In this document: one piece after another, positions 19,910-36,469 of the stretch
Numbering within the stretch: position 1 is the first letter of the stretch
Layout of the letters: each line of letters starts with the position of its first letter
NCBI GenBank assembly: GCA_001949185.1
Contig: BDGG01000016.1
Location: forward strand, 918,777-982,776
Length of the DNA stretch: 64,000 nt
Source: Ramazzottius varieornatus
Taxonomy: Eukaryota > Animalia > Tardigrada
Direction of reading: 5' to 3'
Made by a program: the position numbers and the translations under genes
Notes under the pieces: model-generated
Seen by the model: the letters and a program-made list of their open reading frames with translations, nothing else
Told to the model about the DNA's origin: nothing
Databases searched by the model: none

Positions 19910-20778
19910 ACTGCCTTATCTTGTTCCGCCTGGACGAAAACAAGCTTATGAAGTGTTCCGTGTGAATGTTTTGCGAGTTTCCAAAATATCTATCTTCGAG
20001 ATTGTGCCGTCGTTGAATGTACATAGTGTGGGCTTCCAGCTACCCACTTCGTATAAACTGATCAGATGAAAAACATACAGACGACCAAGTTTGCAGTTTT
20101 GAGAAGAACAACACAAAAACTTATTGCCAGTGAATGAGAGACGACAGCAGTTGCAAAAAGCACGACCTGTAATTCTCAACAACAAAGCAGAGCAGTGCAC
20201 AGCTGGCAGAAAACAAACAACAAGATTATGGTGAATAGGAACAAAAAAGGCAGATTTTCGGAGAGTTCTTCTTTCCAACGCAGTGAAACGATAACAAGCT
20301 GATGGAATGTCTCGAGACCTTATAAAACAGAAAGTCAACTATTCGGAGAGATTGGTGCTTTGACATATTAAACTAACAATAATCGTCGAGGCGATACAAG
20401 AGTAACCATTTGAAGTGATGTCGGTTACGATACGTCGTGGTGGGGGAGATGCGGAAGGAGCAGTCAGCGTGTCATCTTCGGCCTGCGAAAAGAAACCAAA
20501 TCTGTCAGCGAATACCTTAAGTAAATCTTCCACCTCTCACGATCTACCCTAAATTTCGCCAGTATTCTCTTGGTTTACAAAGTGTCGCAGAATCCATAGC
20601 TCGGGAGTCGCGAGTTCGCTAAACCCAAAAGAATTTTGCTCAGAGAAGCGAGTGCGGTGCCGGTTGTGGTGAGGCATACAGCGTTTCGGCCACTTCGTGG
20701 CAGGCCGTGCTCTTCATTTCTAGCTACAGAGATTATGCGGCGGAACTGTGCAATGGGAAAACCGAGTTTTTTACCATC

Positions 20779-22893
20779 TCAAACGGCAGCGACTTCGCCC
20801 GTCACTTCCTGATCCTTAGCGTCCTTTTTCTCGCCGACCGTCTCCGTTGTAGTGTTGTCCACTTCGACGCCAGTCTTCTCGGCATGGACGTCTTTTCCGT
20901 TGATGGTGGGCTCCACTTCCGGTTCACCCAGCTCGCCGTTCAGCCCACCATTCTCCATGCGAGCAACCTTCTTGGCCACGGTCTCGTGGGACGAGTCGCT
21001 ATCTTCCAGCTGGCGCTTCTGAGGCGTGCCTTGCTTCTCGCCTACAAACAAAGGCCCTTCAACAACGTCCAGGTTCTTCAATGTGAGTATGCAAGAACCT
21101 TACCTTCAGATAGTGTCGTCGTGTTACTGTTTTCGGTAGTCGTTTCAGCCGTTGTGGGAGTCTTGTCTTCAGTCGTCTCGGTCTTGTTCAAGCCCGTATC
21201 CGTTGTGGTGCTTCCTTCAGCCGAAGTGGTTACGGATGGAGTGGTGGTGGCGGTGGTCTTCTCGGTGGTCCCGTTGGTGTGGCCGTTGTGAGTTTCAGTG
21301 TCCATTTTCTCGTTTCCGCTGGCGGTACCGTTAGTGACGGTGTGGTTATCCCCGTCGTTACCGTTAACGTCGTTACCGTTAAGGTGGTTTCCGTTCCTAC
21401 ACGAGAAAAAACGAGCCCTCAGCCATGAAGATCGGTGAATTATTCATTAGCACGTATGAAAAGAGCAAGAATAACTCACGTAATGCTGCTGGTCTCGAAC
21501 TGTCCGTTTGTCGAAGTCACTGAAACGCACTGCAAGAAAACGAAATAGTTGAAAGACTGTTTGGAAGCTGGTGAAACAGACTCAACGAGCTTGCTTTCCC
21601 AAGTGGCGCACCCTTCAAGCTAACAACACCGAAACCGTGCGCCACTGGAGGAAAACATCCTGTCGAGCTTGTCTTTCCGATCACAGCCCTACTGAGTTTC
21701 TCCCTCGAACAACACGACATCATAAAGGAGCCTACAATACAAACCTTCTCGAAAGCGCGGAGGAATTTGTCGCCGCGATCGTAATGCTTCCTTGGCTCGA
21801 CAAGAAGTTCACAGATGCGGCCAATGGTGAAAGGAGCGCTGCACATAATCATCCGGGTTAACAAGACTAACGTCAGCAATCATCGTTATTAGTACTGGTG
21901 AAGTTCAGGAGACTTACTCTTCGAATCGGTCGAGGTATCCCAAGATACGTTGGTGATACTCGTCAAAGGTGTAGTTGTCGACGTTGGGAACAGCTGGCAG
22001 CGAAGAAATCGGAGTTTCAGCTTCGAAAGCCTTGGCGACTTCCTCAAACTTACTGACAATCACGGCCTTAACGTCACTCCAGTTGAATCTGCGAGTGAAA
22101 TCATACAAGTTTAACAAAAAAGTATTCTGACGGAATATTTCAACCACGGTAACCTACCCTTCAGGAATTCCGTTTTGCGACACGTATTTCAAGAACGATT
22201 CCACCAGTGTACCAAAGCTGCTATCGCCGCCTTCTCGTTGAGCAGTCTTCAGATCTGCAAAGACAGAAACAGGAGGTGAAACTTCGAGAAAGCAAGGATT
22301 GAGGACTCAAAATGGCGAAGCGCCGTTAGGGAAAAACGCAGCAGGAAATCTGTCTGCCCCACTTTCAGCACTGCTTTTAGGTCTTTTTTGGGCCTCACTC
22401 AGACAAATGGCGCCCTACTTTGCGTCGTGCATCCTATTTACTATTTGCTGACGCTTTTAAAATCGATAAAGAAGCGTCAATAAAGTCAACGACTCTAGCG
22501 ACCACCTGGCTTGCTAGACTCAACCGTAAAACCGGTTACAAGGTCGATCAACTCCGCTTGGATTCATGCATGCACCGAAAGACCTTGAACCATTCAGGTC
22601 CCTGCTCTTGCTGCCTGATCCTCTTCGCATCTGAAATCTTCGCAGAGAGCTGGGACATGCCAGAACAAGCCCGTGATGAAACATGAAAGAACGGTTGCAA
22701 AGCTCAAAAATAAAAACAAGCTGTTCCGCCACTGAATCAATCAGTCACCAGCGAAACGTTCGATTGATTCTGATCAGAAATTTGATTGCACAGCTAGAAC
22801 AATCGAGATTTTAGGAAAAACTAATTTACCGCCATTTGCAGCGATGATCTTCTTGATCGGCTGGAACTGCATGACATCCATCGTTTCCGTCAT
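20779..22893 (-). CDS. PPP4R2: Ser/Thr protein phosphatase 4 regulatory subunit 2, with Thr/Asn-rich disordered tail
   Basis: FNWSDVKAVIVSKF...PNVDNYTFDEYHQRIL and APFTIGRICELLVEPRKHYDRGDKFLRAFEK (the PFTIQRLCEL motif of PPP4R2). Start exon is tentative. Confidence 0.85.
21563..21680. mobile_element. Palindromic element, PPP4R2 intron
   Basis: Core at 21599-21648 with N25. Confidence 0.8.
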
Positions 22894-23987
22894 TCTTCTG
22901 CTTTTTATGGATGCCTTGTGTATCCTTTAAAATAACCAGACGAAACAAGGAAGGTTTGAAGGTAACGTTGAGCACGAATGGCAGACGGCGACTGAAGAAA
23001 AGCGTGAATGAAAATGGAATGTGCCGTGTGCGAGCAGACTGCAAAGGCAGACAAGTCTCGACATGCCGTTTTCTGTAGCGAGACAAGGACGGAACGGACA
23101 GCTACGGTGACATCACGAACGCACAAAACTAACAAAGAGAACTAACAACTGGACCGAAACCCGCAAGGGAGCTTTACGTCATCATGATGTAAGCTTCCGC
23201 TTTTCGCAGTCCTGGCGAAAGTCGTGAATTCCGTTCCGCTGGGGTGGACTTCACAATTTACTGCGGGGCAATAAAACGTCTCATTAGATTAACTGGCGTA
23301 TATGACGTTTATTTGGTCCGGGCGGTCAACATGGAGTCTGGAAAAAAAATCAAAATTCTTTCATCTTTCGCATAGTGAAACCGAAGAGTTCGAGAGGCAG
23401 CAGTGCTGTCGCAGCACGCTCTTTCCGATTTACCTGGATCCGTCGGTCCAACTTAGCATGCACAACTGCTGTTCAAGCTCTGTGGTTCACTCAAATGTTG
23501 GGACTGTCCGACTACTACAAGTGTAGTGAATCTTGGAATGAAGTCATTTGAGAAAATTGAGAAAGCCTTGGAAAGTCGAGGGGTTGTGCGCTCGGATGTT
23601 CGATTCCCAACAAATTGGACTATGGAAGTCACGATGCCCAGGTTGCACCTGAACCCTGACGCTTATGCGAAGGCGTCTGGGGCTCAGAAGGAGAAGCTTA
23701 TAGAGTGTTCTCTGACCGTACCCGGAAGACCAGCTACAGTGGTTGAGAGTTGCTGTGTTGAAGGTTACCATCTCAAATCCAGACTTCTATGATCTCACTT
23801 TAGAGTTTGAGGGTTGAGTAAGCTCTAGTGAATCAGTTGCTCCGAACAGCAGATTTCCCGTTCATTCGCATTAAGGAGAAGTAAGAGAAATTTTTCAGCT
23901 TTGTTCCGAAGTTCGTCTGTACAGTAACAATCGCGAAAGATGAATATGAGCAGAACAAAACGATAGAACTGATGGATGATGGTACTG

Positions 23988-26470
<2,483 letters not shown>

Positions 26471-27153
26471 TTATGTATGAAGGTACAATTGTACAAACAA
26501 CAAAGTCCAAGCGTCGAGGAAACTAATGTCAACGTTTAATTTTGAGACGAAAACAAATCCACAGCCTACCAATCAAGAATCAGTCGTAAGCTGTTCATTG
26601 TTGCCTGACGTTACGAAGGTTATGACATCAATTGACATGACATACGGTCATGTCAACGACATACATACTACGAAATATATATATACAAGTCTACCGTCTA
26701 CGATAGGGCTAAAAATTTGGTTCAAGAGAACATCGAGACACTGGGTTACGGACTGAGAGCTGTTCCAAGTTACTCAGTATTCCGCTCGTGGTTCTCGAAG
26801 GGATCGAACCCGCAAAGCAGAGTCAGGCAACAACCCACCGTTACGGACGGTGGAGAGTCATGTATTTCAAGCGTACCAGGAATAGAAGATAGTCTGGCGA
26901 ATAAAGTTTCAGTTTCTTCTGGGATTCTTCCTCATCATGGTTTCCTAAACTGGGCACTGGTAAGTAACTCTGAGTTTGAAGTTCTGCAATCTCGTGTTCA
27001 AAGCGTATAAATCAGATTGTTGGTGACGTCTCGAACGGCGCCACCCAACACGAAAAGAACGGCATTTCAGTATTTTTCCGTCTAGCACCCGCGTAAAGTA
27101 ATAGAGAAAGATCTTCTCCTGCAGAGCGTCGAAAAGCTGCTGAGATTCCAAGT

Positions 27154-27650
<497 letters not shown>

Positions 27651-28993
27651 TCTCTAAAAACCGCCTGACTTTGAGCGATTAGCACGCTCCACGATGGAAC
27701 TGGCTTACTACAGATAAGAAAAAAAACAAAAAAAACTGACCAGAGCGAAACGAAAGAGGAGTTACCATACCAAGACGACAGATCGAAAGAGAATAAGCAT
27801 GGTCCCTCAGGAGGAAATGCGAGTTTCATGCGACGGAAAATCGAAAATTTTCGTAAAATCAAAACAAACATTGCCCCCGAAGCAAAGGCTTCAGCCTGGG
27901 GTCACAGTGATTGTTACCTATCAATCAGCCAGCGCAATGCAATCAATTAACGTTCGAAGTGAGCCACATTTTCCGCCCGCCTGCCTGAACTTTTGCCACA
28001 CAGCCCCAGGGTAAAACCGAAGCATAAAAAGCCAAACTTTCCATTAATTTTACTTCCTTTTTTCTCTGAGTTTCGATGTTGTGATACCCAAGAAAGAAAG
28101 ACCAGGTAAAGAAAAGACGCTGAACGACGAGCGAACGGGGTGGGAACGACTCCGTGAGCTGTATTTCCCAAGGTCGTTTCAAGATTCGGGTGCGCAGTCG
28201 TTCTCAGTCCGGTACGTTTTTGGTCGCGATACGATTCGCTTCGCTTCCGATCCGTTTCTACTCTTTGATTCTACATGGTTTGCTTCCGTCGAAACACGTT
28301 CGGACAAGTCCGACAAGTTTCGGACAGGCCGGCAGCCTAGCGGCCAGCTATCGAGTTTTGCCAGAGATTTCGAACATGAGTTATAGAGCCACACTCTCGC
28401 TGAAATGGATCATCGGTGCTTTCACTCGCAGCCGTTTACTTGAGAATGGACCGCGCATGTAGTTCATAAAACCGGTTATCGGGAACGATTAAACGTTTCC
28501 TGTAAACTGATGCTATCGGAATGGCCAAACAAACTCAACTGAGATTTTCAGTGAGATTTCAGTTTTGTCTGTTCGGCCACTTGCCGCCATGGCGCGTTTT
28601 GAAACGCGAGGCGTCATCAGTATGCTCCTTCCACCCAGTAACTGCGCGGTATCACCAGCGCAAGCATGCTGCGCTTGTGCGCACTAGCTAGTCCGGTGGC
28701 ACGTCGTTCTGTCTCGGGTGGCAGGTCGTTCGGGACGTGAACGGGATCAGTACAGGACCCGTTGGTTCATGGGATAGCTCTGGCGCGTTGTAACTTGTAA
28801 GTCCCATAATCTCTGAAACTCTAGTTACTCTACATCGTATAGGTGTGCTGATCCGTTCAGCAGCTGATCTTGGGACTGCTGGTGTACGTGGATTAGCGGA
28901 AGGGGCTGTGGAACGTCCGTCATCTCGCCTGCATCTGGACTATTTAAAGGCGCGATCCCGGCTGGACATCGCTTCTGCCTCTAAGTCATCGGC

Positions 28994-31900
28994 ATGAATA
29001 TGGCGAAGAACCTGCATAACTCGTTATGGGAAGCTGCTGGAGCTACTGGATCGTCCGAAGCGGCGAATGAGAACGTTGCGAAGGTAGGCTGACGTGTCAT
29101 TATAGCGTTTTGTCGTTTTGTACCGTCGGATACTACTCAAAACCAACCGGAAGTGTTCAGTGTTCTCTGTACTAAAGTCGCTGATCACAACTGTAGAGTA
29201 ATGGAATGCATGCAGTCCCACAAGAGACGTCGGAAGAAAGAGGCGCTGCCGTGGAGGATAGCGGTAAGACGGAGATGATTTCCAAGACTGTGTTTGTCGT
29301 ATTTATTTTGATGGAGACTTCATGTACCGCTGTATGAAAAGTCTGTGCATCATCGGTTTTGGCCATCTGGCCCATCTTACAGGTAAAGGAGCGGCTGAAG
29401 CCTCTTTGGTCCGTAAGCTTCTCGACACGAAAGTCCGATCATTCAACACTGCGCTGCTGGAAGGTAGCGAACAGCAGAAGCTTTTGGCAAGCTCAGGAGC
29501 CACATGGCAGGAACTTCATGTGTAAGTATTTCGGAGATGTGATTGTTCGGTGATGATATACTGTGCTGTCTCTATGTATAAGGCCCGTCTCAACGTTCTG
29601 GAGTGTCTCCATAACCGCGTGTTCCCCTTTTCCAGGCCTGCCCCGATAATTCGAGGTCTGCAAATCAACCTCGGCTTCGACCGTCCGTCACCTATACAGT
29701 GCGTGGCTCTTGATATTCTCCTGAAAAAGTAAGTAGTTCTGAAGTTTCTTAGCACATAGTTTTCCTGTCGGAGACTATACTATATAATAGCATCGAATGC
29801 TGCTGTTTTTTCCAGAGGAAGAAACCTTATAGCACAGTCGCAGAGTGGTACAGGGAAAACAATGGCTTTCGTCATTGGCATGCTCTTCAAAGTCGATCCT
29901 TCACAACATTATCCTCAGGCATGTTGATTACTTGACTGGTTTGATGTAGTAGTAGTCCATCAACCATCATGTTTTGAGCGGATATTCCTTCATGAGATAG
30001 GCACTCGTCGTGGAACCCACATTCGAGCTTGCTCAGCAAACCGCCGATGTGATACGAAGGGTGATCAACAACGTCATGGACGTTGAAGTTATCGAAGCCG
30101 TCAAAGGATCGAAACGTAAGGGTTGTTCGAACCATCTGACCGGTTTTTCTTGTTGAAACTTCTTTTTGTTTAACGTGTTTGAAACCGACAGTGGAAAGAG
30201 GTGTCCAGATACGGCAGCATATCATTGTCGGCACTCCTGGTACCGTCATGGATTGGATAACCAAGTCGAAAGTCTTCGACCCGAAGAAGATTAAGATATT
30301 CGTCCTGGATGAAGCCGATGTCATGATTGCCGAGCAAGGACTGGGGGATAACTCTGTCAGGATTTACAAGTAAAAATTTCAGAAAGTGCCAGAACTTTTC
30401 TCTGAAGTTTTGTCATTGGAGAACCGAGAAGTACAACAGTGCATGCTGGCATTGATCATTATTCTGTAGTACAATGGATAAACAGAAAATTCAGACGGCA
30501 TTCTTCTCCGCAACATATGAACCAAAGATCATGGAACTAGCCAGGAAGATCGTACAAGACCCGGAAGTGATCGCCGTCAAGCAGGAAGACCTCAGTCTGG
30601 ACACGATACATCAGTACTATATCGTGGCGGAAACCGAAGAAGCCAAAGTCCAAGCTCTGCGAAACCTTTACGGCATTGTCACAGTAGACAACGCCATGGT
30701 CTTCTGTCGGGTAAGATGACTGGTTCATTGGATGTCACAGATCTGAATGCCACAGATCTAAATGGAAACTCAGCGAACAAAGACGAGATCTTATTCCCAA
30801 GTGGCGCACGTGGTCGGTCTTAGTAGCTACAAACTTGCGTCACTTGGTAAAAGATCTCATCGACTTTGATCGGTTTCTCTAAAGGCCTTTGGCTTTGATC
30901 GCTTTTTAATGGCGCACGTTAACAGTGTTGATGGCTGATAGCATGCGCCACTCGGAAAGCTTGTCCAGTTTGCTTGCCTAGGTCGTCGATGTCGTTTTAA
31001 CAATGACCACTGAAAGCTTTTCCATTTGTAGACCAGAGAGTCAACTAGGAGGCTGTACCAGACCATGAAGGCCGATGGCCATTCGATCGGAGTCCTGGAA
31101 GGCCAGATGGATGTCAAAGAACGAGCGGAGTCCATCGCGAGGTTTCGTGATGGACTGGAACGTATACTGATTGCCACGAACGTGGCATCCCGCGGTAAGA
31201 GAGATACTTTGTTTCACGTAGCTCGACGTCTTATAGTCGTATGTCTGTGCTTTTAGGTATTGACGTTCAAGCTGTCAACCTTGTGGTTAACTTCGACCTA
31301 CCGATGAAGGAGACGGAACAAGGAAGTAAGCGGTGGGTGCCGGACTTTGAGACATACCTGCACAGAATAGGTCGGACTGGTCGCTTTGGCCGAGCTGGTC
31401 TTGCCATCAACTTTGTCAGCAACGACAGAGATATGGAAACGATCCACCAGTTCGAGAAGTACTTCAGTAAGTTGACTTACAGTCACAGTCTCAATCCATT
31501 AATTTTGCGAAATATCCGGCGTTGAAAACTGCAAAGAAACATTTGAACGAACGAGTGGCTTCGATGCACGAACCAAATAAACCGTGCTCCCGATGTCAAC
31601 TGTTTGTAGTGCTAATCAGGGACTGGGCGTTAATACAGGTGTAGTAAAAAATTATTAGGTTAGGCTAAACAGCAATACGCTTGTCCGCCGTTCTTCGACG
31701 CTCGTCCCATTTGGCGAGGTCATATCATGCTAACGCTTGGACAGAATGGACGGAGTGGCGATCGCGGCAGTTTTGGTGGAATACTGTAAGTGGCATGCTC
31801 AGTTATGACGGCGAATCGAACTGGGATCAACATCCGTACTGCATAACGGAGTCTCTTACCCGTTTTACCTTCCGATGACAATAAGTGGGAAGTCAGCGAA

Positions 31901-32432
31901 CGGATTCACCCAAGTGGCGCACGCTCTCAGCTATTAACAGTCACCGTGTGCGTCACTTGGGAGAATAATCTGATGAGATCATTTGCCGACGTCCCAAGTG
32001 GCGTGGTGTGCTCACACTATACACTGTAGCCACATATTGCGAATGACGGAGATTGAAATTCGAAAAGTAGCTGCCGGAAAAAAGCTTTGATAGTCCTAGA
32101 CGGTTCGCAGAAACGAAGAACCTGCGAGCACGGAAAACAGGCTCGTCTTGGCCGGAGTGTTTCGCGGAGGAACTTAAACGTTATCGAAATTCACCTGACA
32201 AGTTTAAGAAGCGTTCGCCATTTCACCTAGTCTGTTATCAGCTCTTGTCTTCTCCGCCTTTGGAGCGGCATTTGATGGTTATTTCGACAGGCAACAATTG
32301 ATTCCCCGACCCTGAACTTGGTTCAGAATGTTTTCATGAGCTACTCTTTTTGCAGAAAGGGAAATTCATCGACTGAATGCCGAAGATATCGATGAGCTGG
32401 AAAGACTAAATCAAGAAACTTCCGGCGAATAA
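28994..32432 (+). CDS. DEAD-box RNA helicase DDX19/Dbp5 family, paralog B
   Basis: [74 protein letters not shown]. Intron positions in the helicase core match paralog A. Last exon is 32357-32432. Confidence 0.9.
30763..30985. mobile_element. Palindromic element, two cores, DDX19-B intron
   Basis: Cores at 30797 and about 30908. Confidence 0.75.
31887..31995. mobile_element. Palindromic element, DDX19-B last intron
   Basis: Core at 31910-31960 with N25. Right end TTTGCCGACGTCCC. Confidence 0.8.
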
Positions 32433-32846
32433 TGTATGGCCGTTCGTTCGACGGTCCGCGCGTCGTATGAGCAATTACTCAGGATTGTTTTTGTTGACAA
32501 AACACTTTTTAACGTTTTATTGTTGAGCTTGCACGGGTAATTGTATTGGGATGGAAGTTGGGCATGTTTGCAGAATACCAGTATTTTGTGATGTTAAATG
32601 TTATATAACCATTTTCGCGGTTCTTGGAAGTTCGGACAAACTGCGATCTTTGTAGTCTTATTTTTAACAACTTCTAACAGGTCACTGGAAGAAGCACTTC
32701 TTTCTCGTGCAACATGTGATAAAAGAAAACAAAATTCACTTTACCGCGCCAAGATTTCCCACCAGAAAGAATCAATCCAACACTAAAATCACTTACGACG
32801 GAAGAAGAAAGAAAAGAATTTCACAGGTTTACACGAGACTGTGACC

Positions 32847-35688
32847 TTAGTGGACATCCAAGTCTCGGTGTATTCTTCGAAGCTTCTCCTTCTTGTTATG
32901 CTTACAATGACGTTTGTGTGACAGTGCACCCGCGGATGTTGCAGGAACCGGGCCTCTGACATGGTTCAGACCATCCCGTTTTTCGTGGATGGCCGCGCCT
33001 CTCTCGGCAAAGAACTCCTTGTCGACCCGACTACTTTTGCTGACATGCTGAACAATCACGCAGGCAGTTAAGCAGTAAATTCTCCATGAAGACAATGCTC
33101 GGCAAGAAGGCAATACGTACCTTGGAAGGAACCGGCACCTCGGCCGTTTCCGCGGGCATTGCTGACGGATTGTCTTCCGCTGTACTTTGAATTAGTTCTT
33201 CGTTGGCCACAGCCGAAGTGAAGAAGTCATCCTGCGAAACCCCGGGTGGTGCGTGGCAGTATCCAAGTCTCCCCTAAAGAGACAATACTGTTGAGAACCA
33301 GAAGAAGAAGGTTTCATCTTACGAGGGACCCTTCAGACCATGTCACTCGCCGTCACGAAACCGATGCTTTTATATGATAGCTGAGCTAAGAGCCTCAGCT
33401 ATCATATAAAAGCATCGGTTTCGTGATCGGCGAGTGACATGGTCTGAAGGGTCTCTCGTTAGTTCGTACTTACGTTGACGTAGTCCTTGAGGATGTATCG
33501 AGCGGCTTTCGAGCTGTCCGGAAGACCTCTCGCCGTGACGAAACCTCTCATTTCTACGAACAAAAACAGGGCACTGAAACGGGAAACCTATCAACAACTA
33601 AAACTGGATGTTGTAACTATGAACCGTACCGGCGTAAGCGTTCAAGAACTCTTCAGCCGTCGGTGGTGGTGTGATGAGGTAGTCGATGCCGTACTCTTTG
33701 ATAAAAGGCAACTTTATACCGTACTCTTTTTCCAGGTCCGTTCTCGATATTCGTGAGCAAATCTGTTACAAAAAGCCGCAATTAGCTCTTCAAACGTCCG
33801 AGAACCAAAGACCGAGGTTTCGCATAAGAAAAAGCCTTACCAGGTTGACTGGAGGAAGAGGATCGCGCATTTGGTCGATGGGCAAAATCCCGCTAACGAC
33901 CATCTCCGCTGCGCTCATGGCGAAAGACGGCATGACCAGACCGGGGCTGTCACACAGCATCAACTCTTCGTCCACATACATCGTCTGGAGAGGACGCGAG
34001 ACACTTAATTTAGCTCCTCAAGATCTGTACGCGCGAACAGATGGTGCTGTGAGTTTTGGAGCGTACCTGGAAGTGCTTTGTTTTACCGGGCGTGGAGGAT
34101 ACCATCACACGTTTATGCTGCATCAAGGCGTTTAGTGTCGAACTTTTGCCCACATTGGGGTATCCAACCTACAAAAAACACACTACAGTTACAGTCACGC
34201 AGACATACCTAATTAACAAGGTACCATGAGGACAAACATTACTTACGAATCCAACGGTGGTTACGCCCTTGATGACAGTCGGCTTGCCTTCGTACATTCT
34301 CTTCAGAAAGTCCACCAGTTCGGTACGCGAGTAGATCTTGCTCGACCACCTGAAGCCTTTCGTGTCCCCTTCCTTTTTTTCCTCGATTGCAGCTACTCCC
34401 TGCTGCTTCTCATCTGCCTCTTGTTCTGACCCTTCTTCGTCCGTTTCCCAATCATCATCATCCCCCTGAGGACCACCTTCTTGTTCAAGATGAGCACCAC
34501 TGGCGTGTCCAGCTTGCGGGTTGACTTCGTCCGCACTTTCGGTCGTCGAATGAGTTTCCATCGAATCGATGGCCGAAAAGAAGACGGCTTTCAAACCTTG
34601 CTGACAGAAATACTCGGCCCAAATTTTCCTACGGAAAACAACAAAGGATCAGAGCCTCATTCTTTTGACACCCGGAAGTAACAAAAGAAAACGACTCACC
34701 GTTGCGGCTCGGCCAAAAGATCTGACTTGTTGACCAGAATTAGATTCTCCTTGTTCCGACTGATTTCTTGCACGTATTTTAGCAGGTCGGCGTTCCAGTA
34801 AAGTAACGGATTTCTAGCGTCGACAATTTGCACGACGACGTCACTGTAAATAGGAACGGTAGTAAGACCTATACGAAAGAGAAGCTCCGACCACAACGGG
34901 GCAAAACTGTACCTGCGTTCGAGTACTCGCCACATTTGCCTCCACACTTCTAGGTTCTTCTCGTAAGGTGTCACAGCGAGTGTCTCAATGTTGGACAGCT
35001 CGGAGAGAAGAGCGCGCCACTCCAGGAAGCTCTTTCGTTCTCGCTCGTCCAGTTCTTGTGGAGTAGTCGACTTGTCCCATTTTGGTCTTCGTGGAATTCT
35101 CAGCAGTTTCTTGTGCTTGTCTTGGAGCTGTAACACCGCGGAATGTTCCGACTTGGAGAGAACGCCGGCTCGTGGATTCGGCGTAATTAACTTCAGGTTG
35201 TTCCTCTCTAGAACGATAAGACTGTAAGATTCCGTTACGTGTGCTCTTATGAGATCAAAGCTGATGTAATTGGATATGATGCTACCACAGCAGACGTTCG
35301 GTCCCACACCTGCTTCAAACTCTGTTCCAGCCAGTGTAGCGTTCGCCAAGAATTCATCCAGGTCGGAAGGAGCAGTGATGGACTTAAGGAAGTTCGTCTC
35401 CTGGTTATCCTCTTTGGCCATTTCCCCAGGCGATTTCTACAAAACATACCCAAACACCGCATCAACAGTCTCCTTCAGAAGCTGCGGTCTAGTTCTTCCG
35501 ACATTCTGTACATGTACGTGTCTGCGTGCGGATAACGGACAGCTTGATAGTCAAGATACAGTACTATGAGTCAACAAAAAGCACTTCCGGTCACTTACCC
35601 ATTGTCCGGCGGCTCTGCTGTTACTCTTGAATCTGTTCTTGATCACAGCCGCACCAAGCGTAGTCTGCTTCCTTCCATGCTGAGGCAT
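32847..35688 (-). CDS. LSG1: Large subunit GTPase 1 homolog
   Basis: SDLDEFLANATLAGTEF, LRIPRRPKW, TPYEKNLEVWRQMWRVLERSDVVVQIVDARNPL, NKSDL, GYPNVGKSST, TPGKTKHFQT, LCDSPGLVMPS. Confidence 0.95.
33320..33461. mobile_element. Hairpin MITE-like element (mariner-like TA-CGAGGG end) in an LSG1 intron
   Basis: Near-perfect inverted repeat of about 65 bp per arm, ACGAGGGACCCTTCAGACC...GGTCTGAAGGGTCTCTCGT, with a short loop. Confidence 0.75.
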
Positions 35689-36469
35689 CTCTGCTACCTC
35701 GATTAATCGGGAACGGGAAGATCAACAAAGACTGGAACAGGAAGAAATTACAGTACGGTTAATTCTTAACTTCAGTCAAGAAATTTGGTTCGTTTGTGAA
35801 AGATTCATTTGCGGTATTGCGAAACTACATTTGCGAATTCGCCAGGTATTGCGAAATATAATTGCAACGACCTTCCTTCCGACTCCTTTCCCGCCAACCA
35901 AAAGGTTTAACGTCATGGTTCAGCTCAGTGGCAAACGCTCGATTAAACAAACTAATTGGATTAGAAATTCGAATTGAAAATTAATTTCTTTCTTCTTCAA
36001 TCTCGATCTTCCCATCAATCCCATCGTTTTCCTGGCTGATTTCCTCTGCTTCCTGAAACTTATTACGTGGACAGTTGGACCTGTGAGCCGCTGTTGGGGT
36101 AAGTCTGCACAAGAAGGAATTTCCGTCAGAGTTTCTTGTGTCCTGTCCAGCTCACCCAGCTCGGAATTTCTTTGCCCGCACTGCGCATTGATTTACTGTC
36201 TCTAACACATGGAAGACCGGAACTGTTCCATCGACGGTGTCCAGGAGTTCGGTTATCCTTCTGTAGTTTGACCTGTTTGTCGACGATGCAAGAATCTGCA
36301 GACTGTGCTCCAGACCGTAGTGCAGGTCGCATGCAACAGCGCGCACTGCTTGGACTTGTCTGTTTCTAAGCATCGACTTGGACGATTCGATTGTTATTAG
36401 GCGGTGCCCTACTTGCATCGTTTTACGCTGTAGCTTTCTTGCAGGTCTTGTAGCATCACACGGTCGACG

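Noticed and set aside
23526-23792. 88-aa ORF
   Set aside because: No family recognised and no splice support.
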